Source: an uncultured Gemmataceae bacterium (GTDB lineage: Bacteria > Planctomycetota > Planctomycetia > Gemmatales > Gemmataceae). Taken from it: a DNA stretch of 64,000 nt. The position numbers and the translations under genes were made by a program. Positions 9,029-18,399 of the stretch are shown piece by piece. The notes under the pieces are model-generated. The model was not told the DNA's origin and ran no database searches. It saw only the letters and a program-made list of their open reading frames with translations. The stretch covers positions 2,880,001 through 2,944,000 of the forward strand of contig CAVVPN010000003.1 in the NCBI GenBank assembly GCA_963750165.1. Reading direction: 5' to 3'. The number at the start of each line of letters is the position of its first letter. The first letter of the stretch is position 1.

Positions 9029-10390
9029 ATGACCGTGCGCAAACTGCTTGTGGCAAGCCAGAAGGGCGGCGTTGGGAAAACGACCACGGCGATCAACCTC
9101 GCGACGGCGACGGCGCGATCGGGGGAACGGGTGTTGCTGGTGGACGCCGACCCGCTGGGCAACGTCGGCAGCGCCCTGAACCTGGCGGCCCACGGCCAGC
9201 GCCGGCCGCTGCGCGAGATCGGCTTCGACAACGGCGCCCTGTACGGCGACGTGGCGCCCGACCTCGACGTGCTGGCGCCCGCCCAGGAGGGCGGTTTCGC
9301 GCCGGAGGACGTGGAGCAGGTGCTGCGGTTGCTGGACACGGAGGAGTTCCGGGACCGTTACCGCTGCGTCATCGTCCACGCGCCGCCGATCATGGGGTTG
9401 CGGCCGCGGGCGCTGCTGCAGGGCTGTGACGAGTTCCTGTTCGTGATGCGGGCGGAGCCGATGGTGTTCCGCACACTGCCGCTGTTCCAGGAAACGATCA
9501 AGGCCATCCAGCGCGAGGGCGGCCCGGTGTTCCGCGGCGTGGTGGTGACGCAACCGGCCTCGGAGCGCTGGGAGACGGACCTGCGCCGCTTTCTCGGCGA
9601 CAAGGCGTTGCCGACGACCATTCCGGTCGATGGGGCGGTGGAGGAGGCGGCGATGATCTACCAGGTGGTGACGCTGGCCAACCCGGACGCGCCTGCGGCG
9701 CAGGCCTACTTCCACCTGGCCGGCAACCTGGGCCTGGCGACGGGCGCGGGCTATGCCGAACCGCACCCGCTCCCGAAGCGCGCGGTCGAAAAGATTGCGG
9801 CCGTCGCGCCTGCCCGCCCTGTGCTGGCGGCGGCTGCCGTGGCCGCCGCACCCGCTGCGCCGCCGGCAGCGCGCCGGAGCCGGCCGGAGCCGGCACCGCG
9901 CCCGACCGCGCCGCGCCGCCCGGCGCCACGTCCGGTCCGTCCCGAGGCCGCACCCCGCCCGACGCCGACGCCCGTCGAGACGCCGCGACCGAAGACCGTG
10001 GCGAAAGCCCCCGCCCCGCCCGAGGGCGGCCTGATCCGTCCCTGGCAGCTGGCCGTGGGCGCCGCGCTGCTGTTCGGGGCGGTGCTCGGCACGCTACGCG
10101 CCGCGACGACGCTGCTGCCGATGGTAGTGGGCATCGGCACTGCGGCCGTGGTGCTCGTGGCGGTGCTCCAGATGAAGCAGAACACCGTCGCGCAACCGAC
10201 GAGGAATTCACCACCGAGAACGCAGCGCGGCAGAGAGAAGACAAAGAATGATGAATTAAACACTCTTTGGCTTTTCTCTGCGCGCTGCGTTCTCGGTGGT
10301 GAATTCCTTTTGCAACTCATCCGCGGCGGAGTGCCCGGCCCGGCAGTGCCGCGGTGCGCCGGCCGTCCTCCAGCACTGGCACCCCGTTGA
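9029..10390 (+). CDS. ParA/MinD-family ATPase with Pro/Ala/Arg linker and two C-terminal TM helices (true 3' end uncertain)
   Basis: Deviant Walker A SQKGGVGKTTT, LLVDADP; the ORF reads through a palindrome and overlaps the convergent gene. Confidence 0.85.
   Translation: MTVRKLLVASQKGGVGKTTTAINLATATARSGERVLLVDADPLGNVGSALNLAAHGQRRPLREIGFDNGALYGDVAPDLDVLAPAQEGGFAPEDVEQVLRLLDTEEFRDRYRCVIVHAPPIMGLRPRALLQGCDEFLFVMRAEPMVFRTLPLFQETIKAIQREGGPVFRGVVVTQPASERWETDLRRFLGDKALPTTIPVDGAVEEAAMIYQVVTLANPDAPAAQAYFHLAGNLGLATGAGYAEPHPLPKRAVEKIAAVAPARPVLAAAAVAAAPAAPPAARRSRPEPAPRPTAPRRPAPRPVRPEAAPRPTPTPVETPRPKTVAKAPAPPEGGLIRPWQLAVGAALLFGAVLGTLRAATTLLPMVVGIGTAAVVLVAVLQMKQNTVAQPTRNSPPRTQRGREKTKNDELNTLWLFSARCVLGGEFLLQLIRGGVPGPAVPRCAGRPPALAPR
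10202..10308. repeat. Inverted-repeat element of the CCAC / 9-nt-periodic family
   Basis: AGGAATTCACCACCGAGAACGCAGCGCG...CGCGCTGCGTTCTCGGTGGTGAATTCCT with an AT-rich loop. Confidence 0.8.
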
Positions 10391-11870
10391 CGACCACGTG
10401 CGTCATGCCCACCGCCAGCGGCCGGCCGTCCTCATAGGTCGAGCGATCCGCGACGGCCGCCGGGTCGAAGACGATCACGTCCGCCGCCATACCCGGTCGC
10501 AGCAGACCGCGGTCGCGCAGTCTGAAGCGCTGCGCCGCGTGCGCCGCCAGATGCTGCACCGCTTCCTCCAGCGTCCACGTCGGCTCGTCACGGACGTAGT
10601 GGCCCAGGTAGCGCGCAAAACAACCGCAGCCGCGCGGGTGCGGCCGGCTGCCGGTGTAGATGCCGTCGCTGCCCGCCATCATCGCCGGGTGCCGCATCAG
10701 CTGCCGCACATCCTCGCCAGAGCGCTGCCGGTGCGCGGCGATGCAGCCGACCGCCAGCTGCGACGCCAGCAGCACGTCACAGACAAAATCGCCCACGCCG
10801 ACGCCCAGTTCCTGTGCCGCCTCCGCCAGCGACTGGCCCTCGTGACGGCGATACGCCTCCGCCGCGACGTAGGTGAGCCGCACGCCGTCGATGGGGCCGC
10901 GCGTCGGCTGGGCGAACCAGTCGGTGAGGCGCTGCCGCTGGCTCGGGTCCGCCAGGCGGCGCAGCGTCGGCTCGGGGCCGCCCTCCTGAATCCACGGCGG
11001 CAGCGCGATCATCGCCAAAATGGTGCTGCCGGCCAGGTAGCAATAGAGGTCGTAGGTCGTTTCGATGCCTTCCCGCCGCGCCGCATCAACGCGCGGCAGC
11101 ACCAGCTCAGCCCGGCTGTTGAAGTGCGACACGTGAACCGGCACCTGCGCCTCGCGGCCGATGTGGAACACCTCATCCAGCGCGGCGTGGACGCCGTCCG
11201 GGGCGTAGCTGCGCATGTGCGTCACGTAAACGCCGCCCACGTCCGCCATCTCACGGCACAGGGCCGTCAACTCGTCGGTGCCGGCGTAGCGGCTGGGGAT
11301 GTAATCCAGGCCGCTCGACAGGCCGACCGCCCCCTCGTCCAGGCCCTGCCGCAACAGCCGGCCCATCCGCTTCAGCTCGTCGGCGGTCGGCGGCCGCGTC
11401 TCCAGGCCCATCACCTCCATGCGCAGGTTGCCGTTGGGCACCAGCATGGCCACGTTGACCGCACATTGCCGATCAAAAATAGCCAGATACTCCGCAATGC
11501 TCGACCAGCGTTTCGTCACCGGCGGCTGACCGCTGAAGCCGGCCGTGTAGCGGCGCATGTAATCGAGTGTGGCCGGCGATGCCGGGGCCATCGCCACGCC
11601 ATCCTGGCCGAGCAGGTAGGTGGTGACGCCCTGGCGGATGGCCGGTTCATGCAGCGGATCGGCGAGCAGCGCAAGGTCACCGTGAACGTGGGCGTCAATG
11701 AAGCCGGGCGCGATCACCTGGCCGGCGGCGTCGAGGCGGTGTTTGGCCTCGACGCTGCCGAGCGGGCCGACGGCCGTGATGCGGTCGCCGCGGATGCCGA
11801 CATCGGCGCGCACCCAGGGGGTGCCGGTACCGTCGATGACGCGGCCGTTGTGGATCAGCAGATCAAACAT
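10317..11870 (-). CDS. N-acyl-D-amino-acid deacylase (amidohydrolase)
   Basis: IDGTG, PGFIDAHVH, HPRGCGCFARYLG, G..AD..FDP, VVVNG. Confidence 0.92.
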   Translation of the reverse strand: MFDLLIHNGRVIDGTGTPWVRADVGIRGDRITAVGPLGSVEAKHRLDAAGQVIAPGFIDAHVHGDLALLADPLHEPAIRQGVTTYLLGQDGVAMAPASPATLDYMRRYTAGFSGQPPVTKRWSSIAEYLAIFDRQCAVNVAMLVPNGNLRMEVMGLETRPPTADELKRMGRLLRQGLDEGAVGLSSGLDYIPSRYAGTDELTALCREMADVGGVYVTHMRSYAPDGVHAALDEVFHIGREAQVPVHVSHFNSRAELVLPRVDAARREGIETTYDLYCYLAGSTILAMIALPPWIQEGGPEPTLRRLADPSQRQRLTDWFAQPTRGPIDGVRLTYVAAEAYRRHEGQSLAEAAQELGVGVGDFVCDVLLASQLAVGCIAAHRQRSGEDVRQLMRHPAMMAGSDGIYTGSRPHPRGCGCFARYLGHYVRDEPTWTLEEAVQHLAAHAAQRFRLRDRGLLRPGMAADVIVFDPAAVADRSTYEDGRPLAVGMTHVVVNGVPVLEDGRRTAALPGRALRRG

Positions 11871-11905
11871 GGCCTGGCTCCTTGGGGGGCGTGCGGTCCT
11901 ATCAT

Positions 11906-11966
11906 ATCGTGGTGCAGGCGGCTCGCCTGCATTCCGGTTCCGCAGGCGCGCCGCCTGCACCACGAT
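11906..11966. repeat. REP doublet GTGGTGCAGGCGG
   Basis: ATCGTGGTGCAGGCGG...CCGCCTGCACCACGAT; related unit at about 5305-5338. Confidence 0.7.
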
Positions 11967-11976
11967 GAGGTCGGTC

Positions 11977-12423
11977 ATGGGCAAGGCCCGCAAGAAATAC
12001 TGTTACGAATATCCGCGGCCGGCGGTGACGGTGGACATGGTGCTGGCGACGCGCACGTTGCCGCGGCGGGTGCTGCTGATCCGCCGCAAGCACGACCCGT
12101 TCGCCGGCAAGTGGGCGCTGCCGGGCGGCTTCGTCGATGAGAATGAAGATCTCGACGCGGCGGCGCGGCGCGAGCTGCGCGAGGAGACGGGGTTGGAACA
12201 GGTGGCGCTGGAGCAGTTGCATACGTTCGGGACGCCGGGCCGCGACCCGCGCGGCCACACGGTCAGCGTCGTGTACCTGGCGGAGGTGGACGCGGACCAG
12301 GTGCAGCCGCAAGCGGCGGACGACGCGGCGGCGGTGGCGTGGCACGCGCTGGACCAGCTGCCGCCGCTGGCGTTCGACCACGCGGACATCCTGGCGCTGG
12401 CGCGGCGGCGGCTGGTGGAGTAG
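11977..12423 (+). CDS. NUDIX hydrolase
   Basis: Nudix box GGFVDENEDLDAAARRELREETGL; RDPRGH; LAFDH. Confidence 0.93.
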   Translation: MGKARKKYCYEYPRPAVTVDMVLATRTLPRRVLLIRRKHDPFAGKWALPGGFVDENEDLDAAARRELREETGLEQVALEQLHTFGTPGRDPRGHTVSVVYLAEVDADQVQPQAADDAAAVAWHALDQLPPLAFDHADILALARRRLVE

Positions 12424-12465
12424 AATGGGGCGGTTGATCGGCGGCCCTGTTCAGGAGACACGCTC

Positions 12466-12743
12466 ATGCCAATCCACGACTGGGCAAGGGTCGATGCCAA
12501 CCTGTGCCACGACTTCCATCAAGCCTGGACCATCGGCATCTGCAATGCCCTGAATGGCGGTCTGCTGCCCAGGAACTTTTCCGCACTCGTCGAACCGCAC
12601 GCAATCGAAGCCGTGTCGGACAGCCAACAAGCAATTTTGGCCGCTCGCGGCAACCGCATCACCCTCCGGCACGCGCTCAACCGATCACCCTGGCCGCCTA
12701 CGTCGCGCGCGGCGGCCCCTTGCCCGACGAACCGCCCGAGTAG
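12466..12743 (+). pseudogene. Degenerate DUF4058-like remnant
   Basis: MPIHDWARVDA..HDFHQAW..NALN..LLP start typical of this planctomycete family; the ORF is short and frame-broken. Confidence 0.6.
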
Positions 12744-12878
12744 AATGGCCAGCACCCGTTCCATCGAAAGCGGATACCGGCCGCCCCGAATAGCTCTGGG
12801 GTAGCCAACGTCTATCTCCTTGACTAATATATCCTCACGAAAACCGCCTCGGCCCACTACCCGCCAGGAGCACCACCC

Positions 12879-13544
12879 ATGACACGGCACGTTCTCCTTG
12901 GTAGCACCGCGCTGGTCGTGTTGTTCACAACCGTCACTCTGACGGAAGCGGTTCAACGAGTTCGCTTTGGACCGCGACCCAGGCTCACCATCGTGAGTGG
13001 GGGAGTGGTTCACGCGGAATATTATTGGCCAGAGCAAGGAGCCGCCAAGGTGCCGCCGGTCCTCAACTTCAAAATGACCAGCCTCGACGGCAAGACCACG
13101 GACCTGGCCCAGTACAAGGGCAAGGTCGTCCTGTTCGTCAATGTCGCCAGCGAGTGCGGCTACACACCGCAATACAAGTCGCTGCAGGCGCTGTACGCGA
13201 AGTACGGCAAGGACGGCCTGGTCATCGTCGGCGTGCCGAGCAACGACTTCGGCGCCCAGGAGCCCGGCACCAACGCCCAGATCGCCGCGTTCTGCAAGCA
13301 GGAATACGGCGTCACCTTCCCGATGCTGGCCAAGGTGGTCGTCAAGGGCAACGGCCAGACGCCGCTGTATAAATTCCTGACCGAGAAGGACAGCAACCCC
13401 AAATTCGCCGGCCCGGTGCGCTGGAACTTCGAGAAATTCCTGATCGGCCGCGATGGCGCCGTCATCGGCCGCTTCGCCTCCGACGTGGACCCGGATTCGG
13501 CGGATTTTCAGAAGGCCATCCGGGACGCCCTGCAACAGAAGTAA
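12879..13544 (+). CDS. Exported Cys-type glutathione peroxidase
   Basis: VNVASECGYTPQY, PSNDFGAQEPG, WNFEKFLI; signal peptide. Confidence 0.93.
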   Translation: MTRHVLLGSTALVVLFTTVTLTEAVQRVRFGPRPRLTIVSGGVVHAEYYWPEQGAAKVPPVLNFKMTSLDGKTTDLAQYKGKVVLFVNVASECGYTPQYKSLQALYAKYGKDGLVIVGVPSNDFGAQEPGTNAQIAAFCKQEYGVTFPMLAKVVVKGNGQTPLYKFLTEKDSNPKFAGPVRWNFEKFLIGRDGAVIGRFASDVDPDSADFQKAIRDALQQK

Positions 13545-13624
13545 CCGCCCGGCTTTCCCCGTGTTCGCAACAGAGGGTGAGGCGCGTGCCTCACGGTTTC
13601 GCGATTGTTTCCAAGGAGAAGTCC

Positions 13625-14227
13625 ATGGTTCGTTACGCGATGGCGACCCTGCTCGGTGGCGTGCTGCTCGCGGGCCTGGCCCCGGTCAGCGGCCAGACCG
13701 CCAAGCTCAAGATCGGTGCCGCCGCCCCCAACTTCAGCAACCTGCCCGGCGTGGACGGCAAGGCGCATTCGCTGGCCGATTTCAAGGGCAAGGACGTGGT
13801 GGTGATCGCCATCACCTGCAACCACTGCCCGGTGGCGGTGGCCTACGAGGACCGCATCATCGCCTTCGCCAAGAAGTACGCGGGGACGGGCAGCAAGGTC
13901 GGCTTCGTGGCCATCAACGTCAACAACCTGGAAGCGGACAAGCTCGACAAGATGCAGATCCGCGCCAAGGAGAAGGGCTTCAACTTCCCGTACCTGTATG
14001 ACGCCAGCCAGCAGGTCGGCAAGGCCCTGAACGCCTCGGTCACGCCTGAGTTCTACGTCTTCGACAAGAACCGCAAGCTGGTCTACTGGGGCTCGATGGA
14101 CAACAAAATGACCAACCCCACGACCAACTACCTCGAGCCCGCCGTCGCGGCCGCGCTGGCCGGCAAGACTCCGACCACGCAGACCACCAAGGCGTTCGGC
14201 TGCTCCGTCAAGTACGACTCGAAGTAA
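13625..14227 (+). CDS. Exported thioredoxin-family (AhpC/TSA redoxin) protein
   Basis: TCNHCP, FPYLYD, TPEFYVFD, AFGCSVK. Confidence 0.92.
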   Translation: MVRYAMATLLGGVLLAGLAPVSGQTAKLKIGAAAPNFSNLPGVDGKAHSLADFKGKDVVVIAITCNHCPVAVAYEDRIIAFAKKYAGTGSKVGFVAINVNNLEADKLDKMQIRAKEKGFNFPYLYDASQQVGKALNASVTPEFYVFDKNRKLVYWGSMDNKMTNPTTNYLEPAVAAALAGKTPTTQTTKAFGCSVKYDSK

Positions 14228-14262
14228 CCCTTCGCGAACCCATCTCCGCCCGGCCGCTTTTT

Positions 14263-14320
14263 CGTGGGGCAGACATTCCTCTCTGCCGGTGACCTGGCAG
14301 ACAGGAATGTCTGCCCCACG
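14263..14320. repeat. REP doublet GTGGGGCAGACATTCCTGTCTGCC
   Basis: Same family at 45888-45944, 47662-47690 and 1926-1954. Confidence 0.85.
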
Positions 14321-14350
14321 AGAGCAGCGGCCCTTCCTCGGAGGAATCCC

Positions 14351-14896
14351 GTGCGTGTCCTCTTTCACCCCGCCGTGTGCGCCCTGGCTCTGGTCGCCGG
14401 CCTGATGGCCCTGGTGTTTGGCTGCACCGCCGATCCGCAGGGTGACAGCAAACGCGAGATCAAACTGGACGCGGTCAAGGTCAAGGCGTTTGAAAAGGCG
14501 CTCCAGGCGCACAAGGGCAAGGTCGTCGTGCTCGATGTCTGGGCGGATTTCTGCATCCCCTGCAAGGAGGAGTTCCCCAATCTGGTCCGGCTGCACCAGC
14601 AATACGGCAAGGACGGCCTGGTGTGCATATCCATTTCGGTGGACGAACCCGAGGGCCACGCCGGGGCGCTCAAGTTCCTGAAGAAGGTGAAGGCGACGTT
14701 CCCCAATTACCGGTTTGACTTCCAGGAAAACGCGGAGTGGCAGGACCACTTCAACATCAAGGGGCCGCCGGCGGTGTTCGTGTACGGCCGCGACGGCAAG
14801 CTCGCGGCCCGCTTCGATCACAACGACGTGGACAAGACCTTCACCTACAAGGACGTGGAAAATACGGTGAAAAAACTGCTCCCTGCGGGGAAATGA
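14351..14896 (+). CDS. TlpA-like thiol:disulfide oxidoreductase, probable lipoprotein
   Basis: KVVVLDVWADFCIPCKEEFP; lipobox-like VFGC. Confidence 0.9.
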   Translation: MRVLFHPAVCALALVAGLMALVFGCTADPQGDSKREIKLDAVKVKAFEKALQAHKGKVVVLDVWADFCIPCKEEFPNLVRLHQQYGKDGLVCISISVDEPEGHAGALKFLKKVKATFPNYRFDFQENAEWQDHFNIKGPPAVFVYGRDGKLAARFDHNDVDKTFTYKDVENTVKKLLPAGK

Positions 14897-14935
14897 CAGG
14901 CGTTCCATTGGCTTCGATTGAAGGAGATCCGTTCG

Positions 14936-15493
14936 ATGAAATGTACGCACCTGTTCGCGGCGGCGGTTCTAGGGCTGGCGGTGGCGGTCGGCAGCACGCT
15001 GGCGGGCGGTCAGCTGAAGAGCGGCCCGCAGGTCGGCGAACTGCTGCCCGGCCCGTTCGAGCCGTTCAACGTGACCGGCGACAAGGCCGGCCAGAAGAAT
15101 TGCCTGTATTGCCAGCACGGCCCGGCGCCAGTGGCCATGATCTTCGCCCGCTCCACCAGTACGCCGCTGACCGCCCTCATCAAGAAGATCGACGCCGCCA
15201 CGGCCGCCAACGCCAAGGCCGAGATGGGCAGCTTCGTCGTTTTCCTGAGCGACAAGGCTGATCTCGCCGTGCAGCTCAAGAGCCTGGCCGCGAAGAACAG
15301 CATCAAGCACACCACCCTGGCGATTGACAACCCGCCCGGCCCCGACGGCTACAACGTCGCCAGGGAGGCCGACGTGACCGTGGTGCTGTATCGCAACGCC
15401 AAGGTTGTCTCGAACTACACCTTCCGCGCCGGCCAGCTCAACGAGCAGGCGATCGAGCGCATTCTCAAGGACATTCCGAAACTCGTGAAGTAA
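14936..15493 (+). CDS. Exported hypothetical protein, possibly thioredoxin-like
   Basis: Signal peptide, SGPQVG, CLYC motif. Confidence 0.75.
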   Translation: MKCTHLFAAAVLGLAVAVGSTLAGGQLKSGPQVGELLPGPFEPFNVTGDKAGQKNCLYCQHGPAPVAMIFARSTSTPLTALIKKIDAATAANAKAEMGSFVVFLSDKADLAVQLKSLAAKNSIKHTTLAIDNPPGPDGYNVAREADVTVVLYRNAKVVSNYTFRAGQLNEQAIERILKDIPKLVK

Positions 15494-15515
15494 GGGCGTC
15501 GGCCCCATCCGCCTT

Positions 15516-15555
15516 CATTTATGGTTTCGCGCTCATGAGCGCGAAACCATAAATG
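15516..15555. terminator. Perfect 40-bp palindrome, possible terminator
   Basis: CATTTATGGTTTCGCGCTCA|TGAGCGCGAAACCATAAATG. Confidence 0.5.
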
Positions 15556-15585
15556 GGGTTCTAACGGGTTGCGGCGAGGTGAGAC

Positions 15586-16359
15586 ATGGATGTCTTCTGC
15601 GTCGGCATGTACCGTGCCGGCTCCACGTGGCAGTACGACGTGGCCAGCCAGCTGCTCGAACGCCACCGCGCCGCCCAGCGCCTCGGCTTTGTGACCGGCG
15701 ACCATTACTCGCCCCCATCCGATCCCGCGCCGGCCTGGCGCATCCTCAAAGCCCACGATGCACACCCCGCCTTCTCCGACATGTTGCAACGCCGGCAGGC
15801 GCTGGCCCTGTACTGCTACCGTGACCTGCGCGACGTGTGTTTTTCGCTGATGCACAAGTTCGGCGCCAGCTTCGCGGAGGTGGTCGAACGGCGACGATTG
15901 TTGCACCTGTGCCTGGACAACGACGCCTTCTGGCGAGCGCAGCCGGGCGTCCTGTGCCAGCGCTACGAAGCGCTTACGACGGACCCGGCTGCGGCGGCGG
16001 CGGAGATCGCGGCGCAGCTGGGTGTCGCGCTGGCGGCCGGTGAGGCGACGGCAGTGGCGGAGGAGTATTCGTTGACGGCGAACCAGTGGCGGGCCATCGA
16101 GCTGGCGAATCGGCTGCGCGAGCAGGGCGTGGACCTGGCGGACCCGGCGAACGCGAACCGCTGGGACGCGCGTACGCTGCTGCACTGGAACCACATCCGC
16201 AGCGGCCGCGTCGGTGACTGGCGGCGGCAGGCGACGCGGCGGCAGCTGACCCGGTTGGCGGAGATTTGTGGGCCGTGGCTGATCGCGAACGGCTACGCGC
16301 GCGACGGGCAGTGGGCACAACCAGGCTGGCGGGACCGGCTCAAGCGCTTGCTGGGGTGA
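15586..16359 (+). CDS. Sulfotransferase-domain protein
   Basis: PAPS-binding-like GMYRAGSTW and YRDLRDV..S; HIRSG.VGDW. Confidence 0.8.
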   Translation: MDVFCVGMYRAGSTWQYDVASQLLERHRAAQRLGFVTGDHYSPPSDPAPAWRILKAHDAHPAFSDMLQRRQALALYCYRDLRDVCFSLMHKFGASFAEVVERRRLLHLCLDNDAFWRAQPGVLCQRYEALTTDPAAAAAEIAAQLGVALAAGEATAVAEEYSLTANQWRAIELANRLREQGVDLADPANANRWDARTLLHWNHIRSGRVGDWRRQATRRQLTRLAEICGPWLIANGYARDGQWAQPGWRDRLKRLLG

Positions 16360-16361
16360 GG

Positions 16362-16458
16362 ATCGGAGGGGATTCACCACAAAGACACAAAGGGCACAAA
16401 GAAAACAATTTTGTCTTCCTTTGTGCCCTTTGTGTCTTTGTGGTGAATCCCCTCCGAT
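16362..16458. repeat. Inverted-repeat element of the CCAC / 9-nt-periodic family
   Basis: GGGGATTCACCACAAAGACACAAAGGGCACAAAG...CTTTGTGCCCTTTGTGTCTTTGTGGTGAATCCCC. Confidence 0.85.
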
Positions 16459-17201
16459 TAGCGCGTGACGTAGTAGTACACCTGTGCCCCGGTCGGCAGC
16501 GCGTACTCCGGCTCCTGGATGGCCCGGGGGTCGTCGGCCGCGAGCAGGCGCAGCACCCCGCGGTCGTGCAGCAGTCGCAGTCCCGCATGGAAGTCCGGGA
16601 TGCTCAGCCCCGGCTGCTTTTCGGTGACGGCCCGGAACAATTCCGGCAGCGAGCAGTGGTTAATGACGCCGGTTTCGCGGCGGCGTTCGAGGTAGCCAAC
16701 AACCTCCTGGCCCCACGGCACCTGAGCGGCGGCGTCTTCCGGCAATGTCGGCTGCGTGGCGTCATGGCGGCGCAGCGACTCCAGCACGCGCTGGCTCAGC
16801 ACTTCCAGCCGATGGGTGACCGCCTGAACCTCGTCGGTGAGCCGCTGGCCGAGGGCGTTGAGTTCCTGGCGAATCCCCTGCATCCAGACGGGGATGCCCT
16901 CCTCGGTCATCTTGAGCACGGCCCGCAGCTCGTCCATGGCCCGCGCGGGCGACTCCTGTTCGTGAATGAAATCGACGCCCTTGTTGGTGACGCGCGCGAA
17001 CTCGATGAGGGTTTTGCCCCTCATATCTGAGCGGACCTCAATGAGGCCCTCCTTGAGCGCCCGGGCGACCGCCTCGGCGTTCAGGCCGAGCCGGCTGGCG
17101 AAGATGCCGGGGATTTTTCCGCTCCGGTACAGGCGCTGTTCGCCCGGCTGTGCCAGGGCGTCCTTGAGCGCGTCCAGCAACACCTGGGTCACCTTGTCCA
17201 T
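16458..17201 (-). CDS. Conserved hypothetical protein with a coiled-coil centre
   Basis: Clean ORF with host-like codon usage; no known motif recognised. Confidence 0.7.
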   Translation of the reverse strand: MDKVTQVLLDALKDALAQPGEQRLYRSGKIPGIFASRLGLNAEAVARALKEGLIEVRSDMRGKTLIEFARVTNKGVDFIHEQESPARAMDELRAVLKMTEEGIPVWMQGIRQELNALGQRLTDEVQAVTHRLEVLSQRVLESLRRHDATQPTLPEDAAAQVPWGQEVVGYLERRRETGVINHCSLPELFRAVTEKQPGLSIPDFHAGLRLLHDRGVLRLLAADDPRAIQEPEYALPTGAQVYYYVTR

Positions 17202-17295
17202 GAGGGTTCGCCCGTCCGCCGTGGCCAGCCGTTCCTGGTCAGTGTACAGTGAAGAATGAACCAGGGCAGCGGTTTTTATCGCGCAGGCGAGCACC

Positions 17296-18288
17296 ATGCA
17301 ACCCCAACAACCGAAACGCTATCTCAGTGGCGTGCAGCCCTCCGGCAAGCTGCACCTCGGCAACTACTTCGGAGCCGTCAAGCAGCACATCGCGCTGCAG
17401 GACGAGGGCAACTGCTTTTATTTCGTGGCCGACTACCACGCGCTGACGACGGTGCAGGACTCGAAACGGCTGGAGGAACTGGTCCACGACGCCGCGCTGG
17501 ACTACCTTGCCCTCGGCCTCGACCCGGACAGGGCGAGCTTCTTCCGCCAGTCGGACGTGCCGGAGGTGTGTGAGCTGACGTGGATCCTCTCGACCGTGAC
17601 CGGCATGGGCCTGATGGAGCGGGCCGTCTCGTACAAGGAGAAGGTCGAGAAGGGCATCGAGGCCAGCGTCGGGCTGTTCACGTATCCGATCCTGATGGCC
17701 GCGGACATCCTGATTTACCGTTCGCATGTGGTGCCGGTCGGTCAGGACCAGGTGCAGCACCTGGAGATGACGCGCGACATCGCGGCCCGCTTCAACCGCA
17801 CCTACAAGGAAATTTTCCCGCTGCCGAGCCCGCGTCTGGATAAGCACGCCAAGGTGCCGGGCACCGATGGCCAGAAGATGAGCAAATCGTACGGCAACAC
17901 CATCGACATCTTCGCGGAGGGCAAGTCGCTGGAGAAGACGGTGATGGCGATCCAGACCGATAGCACACCGCTGGGGCAGCCGCTGGACCCGACCACCTGC
18001 AACGTCTTCGCGCTGTACAGTCTGTTCGCCACGGAGGACGAGAAGGCGGCGTTGGCGGCGGACTACCGTGGCGGCAAGATCGGCTACGGCGGGGCCAAGA
18101 AATTGTTGCTGACGAAGATTAACGAGTATTTCGGCCCATTCCGCGAGCGCCGCAAGCAACTGGCCGCGGATCGAGAGTACGTCGAGGACGTGCTGCACCG
18201 CGGTGCGAAGCGGGCGCGCGACGAGGCCCGGCAGACGATGGAACTGGTGCGCTCGGCAGTGGGCATGAAGCCGCGGCCGGTCGCGTAA
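17296..18288 (+). CDS. trpS: Tryptophan--tRNA ligase
   Basis: SGVQPSGKLHLGNY, YPILMAADIL, VPVGQDQVQHLE, KMSKS. Confidence 0.98.
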   Translation: MQPQQPKRYLSGVQPSGKLHLGNYFGAVKQHIALQDEGNCFYFVADYHALTTVQDSKRLEELVHDAALDYLALGLDPDRASFFRQSDVPEVCELTWILSTVTGMGLMERAVSYKEKVEKGIEASVGLFTYPILMAADILIYRSHVVPVGQDQVQHLEMTRDIAARFNRTYKEIFPLPSPRLDKHAKVPGTDGQKMSKSYGNTIDIFAEGKSLEKTVMAIQTDSTPLGQPLDPTTCNVFALYSLFATEDEKAALAADYRGGKIGYGGAKKLLLTKINEYFGPFRERRKQLAADREYVEDVLHRGAKRARDEARQTMELVRSAVGMKPRPVA

Positions 18289-18296
18289 AAAAGATC

Positions 18297-18379
18297 GATC
18301 CACAGATGACACAGATAACCCAGATAAAAACAAGTAATTCTTTTGTTTTTATCTGGGTTATCTGTGTTATCTGTGGATC
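18297..18379. repeat. Inverted-repeat element of the CCAC / 9-nt-periodic family
   Basis: GATCCACAGATGACACAGATAACCCAGATAAAAAC...GTTTTTATCTGGGTTATCTGTGTTATCTGTGGATC. Confidence 0.85.
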
Positions 18380-18399
18380 TCTTTCTCTTGTGACTGCCC

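Noticed and set aside
12879..13544. Selenocysteine glutathione peroxidase
   Set aside because: The active-site codon is TGC (Cys).
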